From the IMG/VR virus record IMGVR_UViG_3300030108_000061: a DNA stretch of 64,000 nucleotides. The stretch is one strand, 5' to 3'. Numbering within the stretch: the first letter of the stretch is position 1; each line of letters begins with the position of its first letter. Source of the stretch: an uncultured virus (IMG/VR IMGVR_UViG_3300030108_000061) (taxonomy: Duplodnaviria; Heunggongvirae; Uroviricota; Caudoviricetes). This document shows, piece by piece, positions 9,547 to 19,711 of the stretch. The notes under the pieces were generated by a model, which saw nothing but the letters and a program-made list of their open reading frames with translations, was not told where the DNA came from and made no database searches. Position numbers and translations under genes: made by a program.

Positions 9547-10737
9547 TTATCGTATTAGATAAGCAGAAAATCTATTATCTTTAGCAAAGGGATCTTGATA
9601 ACCATGATACACATAAAGAAAAGTTCCATCCGTAATAACAGATCCTGTTTTATACTTTCTTTGTTGCACATTTCTTGCAAAATCATTTTCGTTTTCTTCC
9701 ACTATCACTTGAGGAATAAGTGGTATAAGTTTACCGTCTTTGTCTTTTGGTGGATTATTTTTATTTTCCATATCTGCATTATATTTTTCAAAAGCATATT
9801 CAGCTAATTGATCATTAGCTGTATCATACATACCTCTAATAGCAGCCGATAAAGCAGTTGATTTAATATCTGCATTTCTTGTGGTAAGTTCTTTAGCTGC
9901 ACCTATTGCTGCCATACTGGCAAAATGTTGTTGACCATCTTTCATGTTTTCTATTTCATTATTAATTCCTAATTTAAAACCATAAGGGGCTAATACTCTA
10001 GCATACACACCTTTTATTTGTGATGGAACGTTTTTAGCTCCAAATGCCTCTCCCTCTTCACCTGTTTTATCTCGTTTTGCATCTTCATATGTAGCTAATC
10101 TTTTTAATAATGTTTGTTCTTCAGCTATTAATGCATCGTATTTATCTTTACCCATCACTGATCCATCAGGATCACGAGCTATTTCTTGCCCTATTACAGC
10201 TAATCTTGTACCAAAACTATTTTCTATTTTATCTGGTTCTGCATATAAATCTTTATAGACTGTTGGATTTATACCAAATCCTGATAATATAGAATCATTA
10301 TCTTGAGTTAACGTTGTTTCTGTAGTTGTAATATCCCCTACTTTTGCTGGACTTGCAGCATTAATTGTAGTATTAATAATACTCTGATCATTTTCATTCA
10401 GATCACCAGAAACAGATGGTAAATTTAAAACAGTCATAGGATCAATATCTTTTTTAATTGCACGTTGACCTATATCAAGATATATTTCTGCTGCAGTTGC
10501 ACCTTTTTTAGCTAGTTTTCTTGCTGTATCATCATCATAAAACACAGACAATGCACCCATTAACTCTTCCGTAATGGCATTTTTTTTATCACGTTCAGCT
10601 TTACGGGCAGAACGTAGCCTCATAGCCTCTGTCTCAGCTAGATAGTCAAACCTACGTTGCTGTTCTTCCTCTTCCTCTATGCTTTTAACAATAGATTGAG
10701 ACATACCATTTAAAAAACCACCAAAATTAAAAGACAT
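9547..10737 (-). CDS. Putative internal virion protein
   Basis: MSFNFGGFL N-terminus followed by coiled coil; position in the ejection block; homolog 61368..62540. Confidence 0.6.
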   Translation of the reverse strand: MSFNFGGFLNGMSQSIVKSIEEEEEQQRRFDYLAETEAMRLRSARKAERDKKNAITEELMGALSVFYDDDTARKLAKKGATAAEIYLDIGQRAIKKDIDPMTVLNLPSVSGDLNENDQSIINTTINAASPAKVGDITTTETTLTQDNDSILSGFGINPTVYKDLYAEPDKIENSFGTRLAVIGQEIARDPDGSVMGKDKYDALIAEEQTLLKRLATYEDAKRDKTGEEGEAFGAKNVPSQIKGVYARVLAPYGFKLGINNEIENMKDGQQHFASMAAIGAAKELTTRNADIKSTALSAAIRGMYDTANDQLAEYAFEKYNADMENKNNPPKDKDGKLIPLIPQVIVEENENDFARNVQQRKYKTGSVITDGTFLYVYHGYQDPFAKDNRFSAYLIR

Positions 10738-11258
10738 TACATTCTCCTAGACATTAGGCCACCTTCTTTGGGTGGCTCTTCTGTTTCAAATACTTCTTCT
10801 ACCTGACTCATTGGAGAAACAGGCTCCTCTTTACCAGCCTCTTCTCTTTTCTTACGGATCTTATTTAAAGCAAGGGCTATAGATGACTCTGAAGGAGTAT
10901 CATCAGTTTTTAGCTTTGTACCCATATTATATTTTACACCTTGTTCCTCTGCAAGATATGCCAGTGTTTCCATAAGCACAGGTATAATTAATATTCCTAC
11001 ATCTACACTATGCTTGCCTTGCATAACTGCACCACTTTGCAAAGTCTCTGCTATAATAGTAAGAGGCACACCTGTTTCTATCACATTCATTAAATCTTCT
11101 TGCATATCAGGATCAATGATACGTGGTATGTGAAACTGTATAGCTTCTTCTACAGTAGAAAACTGTGGTGGTTGTTGCCAAGGTCTATTACCTAGTTCAT
11201 GTGTTAACCCTTGACCTGCAATAGGGGCATCAAGAGGTATCTCTAATGCTTTAGTCAT
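10737..11258 (-). CDS. Conserved virion-associated protein
   Basis: GQGLTHELGNRPWQQPPQ; homolog 62540..63085. Confidence 0.7.
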   Translation of the reverse strand: MTKALEIPLDAPIAGQGLTHELGNRPWQQPPQFSTVEEAIQFHIPRIIDPDMQEDLMNVIETGVPLTIIAETLQSGAVMQGKHSVDVGILIIPVLMETLAYLAEEQGVKYNMGTKLKTDDTPSESSIALALNKIRKKREEAGKEEPVSPMSQVEEVFETEEPPKEGGLMSRRM

Positions 11259-11457
11259 TTTTTAGTTCCCGTCTTCCATTACGTATTTCCATTACATAAT
11301 TTGCAATCCTTTGTCTTGGCTCTAGCTCAGACTTTTTATTTTGATTTTTAGGTCTAGGGCCACGAGACAACAACCCCATAGTTGTATCGTCTTGTTTTTT
11401 AACTTTTGCTCTAGGCAAAGGTAAATTAGCATATGCTTTTAATGCTGTATTATACAT
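11251..11457 (-). CDS. Small basic hypothetical protein
   Basis: Homolog 63078..63278 (GLLSR, LEPRxRIAxYVMEIR). Confidence 0.7.
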   Translation of the reverse strand: MYNTALKAYANLPLPRAKVKKQDDTTMGLLSRGPRPKNQNKKSELEPRQRIANYVMEIRNGRRELKND

Positions 11458-11466
11458 ACTTTTCTC

Positions 11467-14400
11467 CTATCCGAATAAATCAATATCAAATACTTCTCCA
11501 AGAATAGTTCCACCAAGTGTTTGTGTAAGATCTGTAGTAAGTATCTTGCCTATTAAAGAACCAAAACCTACAGAAGTTGCATAGTCCTCTTTTAAAGTTG
11601 CTAAATCTAATTCTGTATCAGCACGAAGTTGTGCCTCTGCCAAGTTCATAAAACGAGTTTTTTCATTTTCAGAGGCAGTCCAAGCCCATTCCATATTGTC
11701 AGAATAATATTGCCACAAATTATTATACGCATCACGAGATACACCTAATAGTGACTCTGCATTTATTTCATTTGCTCTGTTAACAGCCTCTGTAGCTGCA
11801 GTTGCAATTTGCCTACGCCACGTTGCGTTAGCCTGATCAATTACTAAACGATTAGTAGCATTAAATTGTTCTCGTTGATTATTTATTTCAGTGTTAAATC
11901 TTTCAACTACGTTTGTTTGTCCTGCATTAAACTGAGCCTGTGCATTAGCTTGAGATGCATTAAACTGTGCAGTTTGATTAGCTAGGCTTGCAAAAAACTG
12001 ATCTGTTTGATTTTGTGAACTTGCATTAAACTGTGCAGTAGCATTCATAGCTGCTTGATCGGTAAACAAAGATTGTATACGTTGTTGTGCCTGAAATAAT
12101 TCTGTTTGTTGTTTATTAGATAAGTTAGCCATATCCATTTGCAAAAAGTTCTGTGCATTTTGTACAGCAGCTTGTTGTCTATTAGATAAATTAGCCATGT
12201 CAAGATTTGCAAGTGCAGCAGCCTCTGCCATAACCATAGCTTGACTATTACTTAGATTAGCTAGATCTACACTATTAGTAATACGGGCATTTTCTAATGC
12301 TATCTGTTGCTCTGCAGTAAAGTTCATATTTGCTACGTCACTAACTTTAGCTGCATTAGCTACACGTGATTGAAATGCTTGGTCAAACTCTTGACCTATA
12401 AACTGTGCTCTTTGTTGTGCTGCAAGCATAGCACGTTGCTGACGATTTGACAAGTTCTGTTGTTCAAAACTTGCAGTTACAGATGCATCAGCTTGTGCAA
12501 TAGGCAAAGCAGATTCCATAGCTGCTTGTACAAGTGCTTGCCCTGCTATACTACTAGCACCTAATCCTCGTGCTGCCATTTGTGCACTTACTGCTCTCAT
12601 TGCACCAGCAGCCCATGCAGGGGTAGCACCGCCTTCAAAGTCCTGCATAAGACCTTCTAGCTGCCCTTGTACGGTAGCTTTTTGACTTGGCATAGCTTGT
12701 GCAGCTTGCACTTGTTCCGTAAACTTAGCTGCTTTCTCTGCGTCTGCAGCACCTGTTATAAGCTCACCACTTTGTATCTCACGAGTAACAGGATTATTTA
12801 TTAGTGTAGCTGTACCCTGTGCAGCCTCTAATCCTGTTATACTTGAATCCGTTTGTTGAGCAGCCCCCACTCGTGCTTGGTCACTAACAGTGCCTTGTGC
12901 AGCCTGTGTTCCTTCAGCAACATCTGCAACTGCACCTGCAACTGTAGTTGTACCTGCAAGTGTAGTTCCTGTAGCTGTAGGCATACCTGCTTGAGTAGTT
13001 CCTGCTAATGCAGTGGGAACAGCAGCAGCCCCCGATACTTGACCAGAACGTGGATCTATAAACTGCCCTGCTTCCATTGTTGTTTTAACTGGTACAACTG
13101 TAGCACCTACTGGTAAACCTGGAGTTACAGCTTGTAATGCAAATACATCTTCTAAAGAACCTGATTCAGGAAGAGTTTGTGGTGGTATATATTGTTGACC
13201 AACAGGAGTAGGATCAGGAGTACCGCCAGATTGAAACTTTTGAACCATACCACCTTGAGCCATTTGCATAGCCTTTTGATTGTACATATCCATCTTTTGT
13301 TTTTTATCAGGATTATTATTAAGATAATCATTAAATCCAGACATGTCACCTTGATATCCTAAACTACCTGCAATTTTTTGCATTGCCTGTGGTTTAAATC
13401 CACCAAAAGATTGTGTCATTGGCATAGTTTGTTGATTTTGTTGTTGCATGTTTGAAACCATCCCACCTTGTTGATATTGAAATGTTGGCGTATATCCAGT
13501 TTGTATAGGTATGGTAGGATTATAGTTATAAGAACTTGCTTGCCCTACTACACCAGTAGATATTTGAGGCACATTAAATTGAATATTACTAGGAGTAAAA
13601 CCCATATTTTGTTGTAGCTGATATGTTCCAGTATTTGGATTAACAGCAGGTCCAGTAAATTGAGGTTGAGTTACATTTGGAGACTGATATGTAAAACCAC
13701 TAGGAATTGGTTGTGTAGTCATTTGTTGTATGGGCATAGTTTGTGTTTGAGGTGTAACTGGTGCCACATTAGATACAGGAGTGTCCACTATATTTTGTTG
13801 AGGTTGAATTTCTTGTTGTTCAACCTGATCGACAGAACTAATAATATTTTCTACTGGATCAAATACATCCTCTACATTTTCCTCAGAGTCTAAAAAATCT
13901 GGTTCTGTTTCACTTATAGGCTCTACTGTTTCTGTAGTTTCTATAGTTTCTACAGGATCAGTAATTGTTTCTTCTACAACTCCTGTTTGTGTTCCTATGT
14001 TTTCTTGATGAAAAGAACTTAATGTATCAGCTACCTTTTCATTAGTTTCAAGTCCTTGATTATGTCTTAATGTAGCAATTGTATCTTGTATTGTTATTGA
14101 ACCATCATTATTAAAATCATATTGATCTATTTCATCTGCAGATATTTTATCTAAACCAACAATATCTTTTTGTATTTTTTCTACCATTGCCTTAGAAGAA
14201 AGCTCTGGACTATTTTCTATAAAATTACTAAAGGCACTCGTTATCTTATTATTTATTTCTTCTGTCTGCCCAAGGTTTTTAAAGCCTCTTAATACGTTTA
14301 CAGTATCTCCAATTCCAATGCTACCATCACCATTTATATCATAAATAGATAATTGATCTGTAGGTATTTCTTTTAATCCAACTATATGTTCTTGTAGCTT

Positions 14401-14775
14401 TTTAAGAAAAGCAGATTTAACTTCAGGATCTGCTGAAGGTGGTACTTTTGTTATTGTATCATTTTCTACAATGTATCCTTTTTGTGTTAAAGAATCTGCT
14501 ACCTCTCTCATATTTTGAGTTATTTTAGTGCCTTCAGGAATATCTAATCCTGCAGTAATATATGCCTGTGCATTAGCACGTTGCGCAGATGGTGTGCCAA
14601 GATCGGCTTCTGTTAAATTAGTAAAATTACCTTGTGCTTGAGATTTTCTAAATTGATCTCCTGCCTTTAAACTAGCAAGGAAATCATTAGGAGCATCTAC
14701 ACTAATAGTATTTCCAGTAGGTAGTGTATATGTGTAACTATTTAGTATAGTTCCTATGCCGTATTCATTTTCCAT
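11467..14775 (-). CDS. Internal virion protein with Q/A/N-rich coiled-coil C-terminus and two dockerin-like repeats
   Basis: Repeated (D)MANLSNxQQ and AQFNA units; YDINGDGSIGIGD and YDFNNDGSITIQD. Confidence 0.7.
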   Translation of the reverse strand: MENEYGIGTILNSYTYTLPTGNTISVDAPNDFLASLKAGDQFRKSQAQGNFTNLTEADLGTPSAQRANAQAYITAGLDIPEGTKITQNMREVADSLTQKGYIVENDTITKVPPSADPEVKSAFLKKLQEHIVGLKEIPTDQLSIYDINGDGSIGIGDTVNVLRGFKNLGQTEEINNKITSAFSNFIENSPELSSKAMVEKIQKDIVGLDKISADEIDQYDFNNDGSITIQDTIATLRHNQGLETNEKVADTLSSFHQENIGTQTGVVEETITDPVETIETTETVEPISETEPDFLDSEENVEDVFDPVENIISSVDQVEQQEIQPQQNIVDTPVSNVAPVTPQTQTMPIQQMTTQPIPSGFTYQSPNVTQPQFTGPAVNPNTGTYQLQQNMGFTPSNIQFNVPQISTGVVGQASSYNYNPTIPIQTGYTPTFQYQQGGMVSNMQQQNQQTMPMTQSFGGFKPQAMQKIAGSLGYQGDMSGFNDYLNNNPDKKQKMDMYNQKAMQMAQGGMVQKFQSGGTPDPTPVGQQYIPPQTLPESGSLEDVFALQAVTPGLPVGATVVPVKTTMEAGQFIDPRSGQVSGAAAVPTALAGTTQAGMPTATGTTLAGTTTVAGAVADVAEGTQAAQGTVSDQARVGAAQQTDSSITGLEAAQGTATLINNPVTREIQSGELITGAADAEKAAKFTEQVQAAQAMPSQKATVQGQLEGLMQDFEGGATPAWAAGAMRAVSAQMAARGLGASSIAGQALVQAAMESALPIAQADASVTASFEQQNLSNRQQRAMLAAQQRAQFIGQEFDQAFQSRVANAAKVSDVANMNFTAEQQIALENARITNSVDLANLSNSQAMVMAEAAALANLDMANLSNRQQAAVQNAQNFLQMDMANLSNKQQTELFQAQQRIQSLFTDQAAMNATAQFNASSQNQTDQFFASLANQTAQFNASQANAQAQFNAGQTNVVERFNTEINNQREQFNATNRLVIDQANATWRRQIATAATEAVNRANEINAESLLGVSRDAYNNLWQYYSDNMEWAWTASENEKTRFMNLAEAQLRADTELDLATLKEDYATSVGFGSLIGKILTTDLTQTLGGTILGEVFDIDLFG

Positions 14776-15236
14776 TATCTAGTTCCTAACCAAACAAAGC
14801 CAAACAAAAAGCCAACACAACACAAAAATAAAAGGATACCCGATGTCCATTCAATAATTGCTTGTTTGATTTCCATTTGCCTGTGTTCATGTTCTCTCTT
14901 TTGTTTTCTTAAATCTGCTTCTATCTCTAATATTTCTTGCCATTTAGAAGGTCCATACATAACTGATATATAATCTTTCAATTCTTTTCTCATGGACTCA
15001 GCCTTTTGTTTAGCTGCAAATATTTCCATAGCCTGTGATTCAATACCACCACCTAATGCTTTATACCAAGGTGGTTTTTGGTTTTGTCTATCTGCAAAAT
15101 CTAGATCAGCTATAGCACCAGCCCACTTAGCCATAGTGCCACCCATGTCTTGCAGGTCTTTGCCAACCTGTATGCCTTTTTTTAGTGTGTTAAAGGCAGC
15201 AGTAGCACCTGCAATAGCCGTTATGGGATCTATCAT
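14775..15236 (-). CDS. Hypothetical protein with C-terminal transmembrane segment
   Basis: MIDPITAIAGATAAF N-terminus; hydrophobic C-terminus. Confidence 0.7.
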   Translation of the reverse strand: MIDPITAIAGATAAFNTLKKGIQVGKDLQDMGGTMAKWAGAIADLDFADRQNQKPPWYKALGGGIESQAMEIFAAKQKAESMRKELKDYISVMYGPSKWQEILEIEADLRKQKREHEHRQMEIKQAIIEWTSGILLFLCCVGFLFGFVWLGTR

Positions 15237-15438
15237 CTTCTCTCTATAATTCTATCTAGTTTTGCGTCTAGAGCCTCCAGNNNNNNNNNNTAGTCATATA
15301 GTCACGAGCCATTTCTTCTCGTGTTTTATTTAGTAGGACTTGCATACGTTGTGTTTCTGTGTGTTGGCTACGGATAACCCAACCTACTATACCAAGTAGG
15401 CCAGTTAGTCCAGCACTCCATAGCAACTCCATTTCCAT
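15233..15438 (-). CDS. Small membrane-anchored coiled-coil protein interrupted by the assembly gap (not in ORF track)
   Basis: MEMELLWSAGLTGLLGIVGWVIRSQHTETQRMQVLLNKTREEMARDYMT-[N gap]-LEALDAKLDRIIERR*. Confidence 0.6.
15281..15290. other. Scaffold gap (10 N); probable junction between two related phage genomes
   Basis: N run; the sequence to the right is gap-free to the window end and contains its own copies of the genes on the left. Confidence 0.9.
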
Positions 15439-15439
15439 C

Positions 15440-15763
15440 TTACCAAGGTACTTCTTTTATTTGTGCAGTTATAGGTGGGTTTTTAAGTAAATTTATTCTA
15501 CTAGCTATACTGTTTTCTACGTTTGCAATGTATTCATCACCTAAAATATTTTTTATCCACCCAACTACATCTGATTCTTTTAAATCAGCAAAAGCTATAA
15601 AAGAGTCACCTTCTTTTAAATCTGAAATTAAATCTGAAGTTTTGCTTGAATAATTATCTGAATCTACTCCTTCACATTGCCAAGATATTTTAGTTACAAA
15701 GTTTTCTTTTGGGGTTTGTAAAACATAAAGTCTTTTTACTCCCCATGTATAAGTTATAGCCAT
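15440..15763 (-). CDS. Tail-fiber-associated small protein
   Basis: MAITYTW...FIAFADLKESDVVGWIK...PW pattern typical of genes following marine phage tail fibers. Confidence 0.6.
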   Translation of the reverse strand: MAITYTWGVKRLYVLQTPKENFVTKISWQCEGVDSDNYSSKTSDLISDLKEGDSFIAFADLKESDVVGWIKNILGDEYIANVENSIASRINLLKNPPITAQIKEVPW

Positions 15764-15765
15764 GT

Positions 15766-16077
15766 TTATGCTCCTGCCTCAATCATAGCTTTGTAGGCCG
15801 TTTTAACTGAGTCTGTCCATGCTGCATTAGCTATAGCTTGCACACTTGCATCCTCACCTGAGATGTCTGTAGCTGTATGTGTCCATGCACCATTTTCATT
15901 TTGTGTAGAATTAAAAGGCACTAGCACATGCCTGTGAAAGCTACGGCTGATTTCTGTTTTTGCGCCATCTGCACCCTCTTCCATAATTACATTAGCTTGG
16001 CGAACATGGATGTTCCATTTGTTTGCTACTTCTATTCTATCGTATTCTATCTCTTTTGTTATGTCGCCTTGTGCCAT
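15766..16077 (-). CDS. Putative tail fiber assembly chaperone
   Basis: EISRSFHRHVL...DISGEDASVQAIANAAWT; directly after the tail fiber; RBS AGGAGG. Confidence 0.65.
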   Translation of the reverse strand: MAQGDITKEIEYDRIEVANKWNIHVRQANVIMEEGADGAKTEISRSFHRHVLVPFNSTQNENGAWTHTATDISGEDASVQAIANAAWTDSVKTAYKAMIEAGA

Positions 16078-16125
16078 TGTTACCTCCTTTGGCTTGGACT
16101 GTCCGACCCAATGCTATGCAGTGAG

Positions 16126-19100
16126 TTATACTATATATGAAATACTTGCACATATAAAATCATTAGCAGATACATCAGAAACTTGCACTGTTCTCTGTGA
16201 ATTGCTTCCTGATTGGAAATGAAATCTTCCAAAACTATTACCATTAACCATTTCAAAAACTACTGGTATGTCGTTTGATCCACCAAGACCCTGACTTCTT
16301 ACCGCACCTTGTGATTGTATAAAAGTTGAGTTGCTTGCAAAAGGAAAACCAACTATAAAAAAGTTACCCGACATACTTCCTACACTACTAACTGATAGAC
16401 TAAAATCAGCAAATACTCTATTACCAATTCTTGTATATCTTCCTACATTACTTCCTGCCGATCCTCCACTTCCTGATGCACTTCCAACACTTGGAGTAAA
16501 TGTGCCTTCTTCGTAATGGTCTAAAACTTCAGAGTTTGTAGTTGCACCACTCGCACTTGTGGCTGTTTGTGCAGAAAAATCGATACCGTGACCTGCTGTG
16601 CCTATTATAAGGTCACCATCAACAATTTCTAAATCACCTCCACTGTGCATTTTAATTTTTTGTGCAAGATCACTAACGTTATTACCATTTGCACCAGTTA
16701 GAAATCTAATTTGTCCATTTTCAACTTGTATAGCTGCATCATTTTGACCACCTGTAGTGTCGTGAAAGAACATAGCAGGTATTGCAGCACCAAGAGTTAG
16801 TTGAGCATCATTTGCCTGAGAGCCAGCACCTAACCCAGCAGAAATTGCACCGTTTGGAACCGAAACATTTCCAGAGCTATCGATACGCATATTTTCTGCA
16901 ATATTATCTGCACTGCTGGTTCTAAAAGTTATAAAACCATCGTCTTTATTAGTAGTATCAGCACCTGCTTGAAATAAAATCTGAGCTACACTCGTACCGT
17001 TCCATTTACCTGTCACTCCTAACAGAGCAGCATCTGCACTACTACGATTAGCATCCCCAGCTATTTCATTGCTTGTGTCGCCTGTTGATTTGACTAAAAT
17101 ACCCTCATCACCCGAATCAGTACGTATTTCTAAATTTTTTGCTATACTGTCAGTTCCGGTTCCAATTCCAACATTGCCAGAAGCATCTATGGTCATACGT
17201 GTCGTATTATTTGTCGTAATATTTAAACCTGCATTTTCACGTTGCTCAATATTAGCAGTGCCATTGGTAGCTATACCTATCTGAAAACCGTCACCATCTG
17301 AACTACTGCCAGTAGTTGAGTTTGTTATTTGAAGTTTAACGGATTCACTACCGCCATTAATATGGAGAAGGCGTTTTGGAGAAGTTGCCCCAATACCCAC
17401 ATTGCCATCACCTGTTATAGATAACCTCTCATCCGTTGTAGCATCACCAGCAACTGAACCAACAAAAAACCCAAGCCTTCTACTAGCTTGAGTGGCATGG
17501 TTAAACGACATAATGTACATATCTTGCTGGTTGCCGCCAAACGAAAGAGCATTGTAAATACCGTTGCCTACACCACCGTTTGTTAGTTTAAGAGTTTCAT
17601 TACTATTAGCTGCGGTTACATCAGTCGAGGTGTGTGACGTTACAACATGAAATGGTGCGGCTGGACTTGTGGTTCCAATTCCCATGTTGCCGTTTTCGTC
17701 GATGATTACTTGGGGGGTATCTGCCTCTAAATTGCCTATACCCGTGTAAAATCGCAGGTCCATGTTTCCAGATGTGTCTGCAGCTTCACTCCTGATCCCT
17801 GCGTAATGTGGAACACTTCCTGTACTACTATCTATATTCTTAAAAGCTATTGCCCCAACGTGCGCCCCAGCACCTATATTGCTAGATGCGTTGTTTCCTA
17901 TTATTAAATCGCCACCATCGCCACCAGATATTTCTAAAACTTTAGCAAGGCTGTGTATACCTGTCGGACTTGAAGTGCCTACTCCCAAGGCTCCTACTAC
18001 ATTAGTTATAGAGCCAGTGCCACTGCCAATAGTTACATCTACTTCATCCTCTGCATCACCATCTCTTATTTCTAATCCTGATTGAGTTTCACCATCATGT
18101 GATGCTACTCTAAACTTCATGTATCCACCTGCACTTGCAGCAGCAGCAGCACTAATATGTGTTTCTATTGAGCCATAATTAACGTCAGCATTATTTTCTG
18201 CATTTCTACCTACAAAAAGTATTCTGCCTATTTCATCATCACTAGCAGCACTTGCAGATTCTCTTTCAAATACCATTACAGGTCCAACAGAAGCATCTGC
18301 ATCTGTAGATTTAAGAGTAAGTTGAGTAGAGTTATCAGAAGTTACAACTTCAACAGAGGTGTTAAAAACTGCAGAGCCACTAACATCTAGAGTACCATTA
18401 ATATCAATATCTGTAGCAGTAAGATCAATTTCATCAGTAGCACCTAGTGACAATACGGTTCCACTAGAACCTTGAATAAACTGACTTGCGTCATTAAACA
18501 TGATCTTATTAGTAGAGTTTAGTGTAAGTCCAGAACCATCAGTGTGTGTAAGAGTAGTATCACCATCATCACCAAATGATAACACTGCATTATCTGAGTC
18601 AAGAAACAAATCATCTGCTATAGTTAAATCACCTGTAGAGCTTAGTGTCATTTTAGCAGTGGCACTAGCAGCAGCAGTTTCAGATGCACCAGTAGTAAAA
18701 ACTAATTTAGTAGAGTTAACACTAGAGGTAAACTCTGCCTCTGCTATAGCATGTATACCTGCAGCCACAGTAGCAGCATCTGTACCACTATCATCCCCTG
18801 CAGCAAACTCAATAGAACCAATAACTTCATTTGCAGTTATTTCATTTTCTTTAGATTTAAGTTGTATTACTATTGGTTTATTATCATCTGTATTAGTGTT
18901 AGTAATTGTCAAACCTGTATCTGCTACATGAGTAACAGTTATTTCACTATCTGCACCAAATGATAATACAGAGGCATCAGATAAAAGTTTAAAATCATTA
19001 CCAAGCACTGCATCTTTAGCTACAGACAAACCACCATCTGTTTGTAAAGAACCATCTGTTGTAGATGTTGCATCTGTAGCATCATCTGTTTTAAGAATAC

Positions 19101-19707
19101 CTGCAGCAGTTATTGTCCCTGCAGCAGACACATTAGCTCCACTAAATGTAAGTGCAGTTGTAGTTCCTGATTTAATTATTAGATTGCCTGATGTATTAGT
19201 TAGTGCAGCATACTGTGTAGCATTAGCTTTAAAAAATACATCACCACCAGCAGCATCAAGCACAATATCATCTGCAGTATCAAGTATTAAATCACCAGTA
19301 TCGTTTACAATGTAAGAGTTTGTTCCACCATGATATAAATTAAGATCTTCACTTGCTCCTAATGTTATACGTCCAACAGCACTATCACCTGTAAGATCAT
19401 CTGCATCTGCATCTACCGTAATTTTAATTGTACGAATAAACATATCTTTAAATGTCAGGCTAGATGTACCTAAGTCTAATGTATTATTTGATTTAGGTGT
19501 TACTGTTGTAGCACTAACAACAAAATCTTGTGCTGGACCCAATACAGATACTGGTCCACCTTCAGCAGATGTACCATCATGTGTGTGACCACTTGTAGAA
19601 AATGCAGTTACAATGGCATCAAACTCTCCATCAAAGTCTGCAGCATTAATAACATTACCGTCAGCAATATTATTGTCTGTATCGTTTCTTGTATAACCTG
19701 TTCCCAT
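16126..19707 (-). CDS. Tail fiber protein
   Basis: N-terminal GYTR..NNIADGNVINA.D.D.EF...GHTHDG; repeated GNVGIGTxSP units; C-terminal LDHYEEGTFTP...GRYTRIG. Confidence 0.9.
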   Translation of the reverse strand: MGTGYTRNDTDNNIADGNVINAADFDGEFDAIVTAFSTSGHTHDGTSAEGGPVSVLGPAQDFVVSATTVTPKSNNTLDLGTSSLTFKDMFIRTIKITVDADADDLTGDSAVGRITLGASEDLNLYHGGTNSYIVNDTGDLILDTADDIVLDAAGGDVFFKANATQYAALTNTSGNLIIKSGTTTALTFSGANVSAAGTITAAGILKTDDATDATSTTDGSLQTDGGLSVAKDAVLGNDFKLLSDASVLSFGADSEITVTHVADTGLTITNTNTDDNKPIVIQLKSKENEITANEVIGSIEFAAGDDSGTDAATVAAGIHAIAEAEFTSSVNSTKLVFTTGASETAAASATAKMTLSSTGDLTIADDLFLDSDNAVLSFGDDGDTTLTHTDGSGLTLNSTNKIMFNDASQFIQGSSGTVLSLGATDEIDLTATDIDINGTLDVSGSAVFNTSVEVVTSDNSTQLTLKSTDADASVGPVMVFERESASAASDDEIGRILFVGRNAENNADVNYGSIETHISAAAAASAGGYMKFRVASHDGETQSGLEIRDGDAEDEVDVTIGSGTGSITNVVGALGVGTSSPTGIHSLAKVLEISGGDGGDLIIGNNASSNIGAGAHVGAIAFKNIDSSTGSVPHYAGIRSEAADTSGNMDLRFYTGIGNLEADTPQVIIDENGNMGIGTTSPAAPFHVVTSHTSTDVTAANSNETLKLTNGGVGNGIYNALSFGGNQQDMYIMSFNHATQASRRLGFFVGSVAGDATTDERLSITGDGNVGIGATSPKRLLHINGGSESVKLQITNSTTGSSSDGDGFQIGIATNGTANIEQRENAGLNITTNNTTRMTIDASGNVGIGTGTDSIAKNLEIRTDSGDEGILVKSTGDTSNEIAGDANRSSADAALLGVTGKWNGTSVAQILFQAGADTTNKDDGFITFRTSSADNIAENMRIDSSGNVSVPNGAISAGLGAGSQANDAQLTLGAAIPAMFFHDTTGGQNDAAIQVENGQIRFLTGANGNNVSDLAQKIKMHSGGDLEIVDGDLIIGTAGHGIDFSAQTATSASGATTNSEVLDHYEEGTFTPSVGSASGSGGSAGSNVGRYTRIGNRVFADFSLSVSSVGSMSGNFFIVGFPFASNSTFIQSQGAVRSQGLGGSNDIPVVFEMVNGNSFGRFHFQSGSNSQRTVQVSDVSANDFICASISYIV

Positions 19708-19711
19708 TGTT

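Noticed and set aside
16085..16125. GC-rich intergenic element (TTGGGTCGGACAGTCCAA on the minus strand) before the tail chaperone
   Set aside because: Possibly a small regulatory hairpin, but it is a single short instance and I cannot support a structure or function from this window
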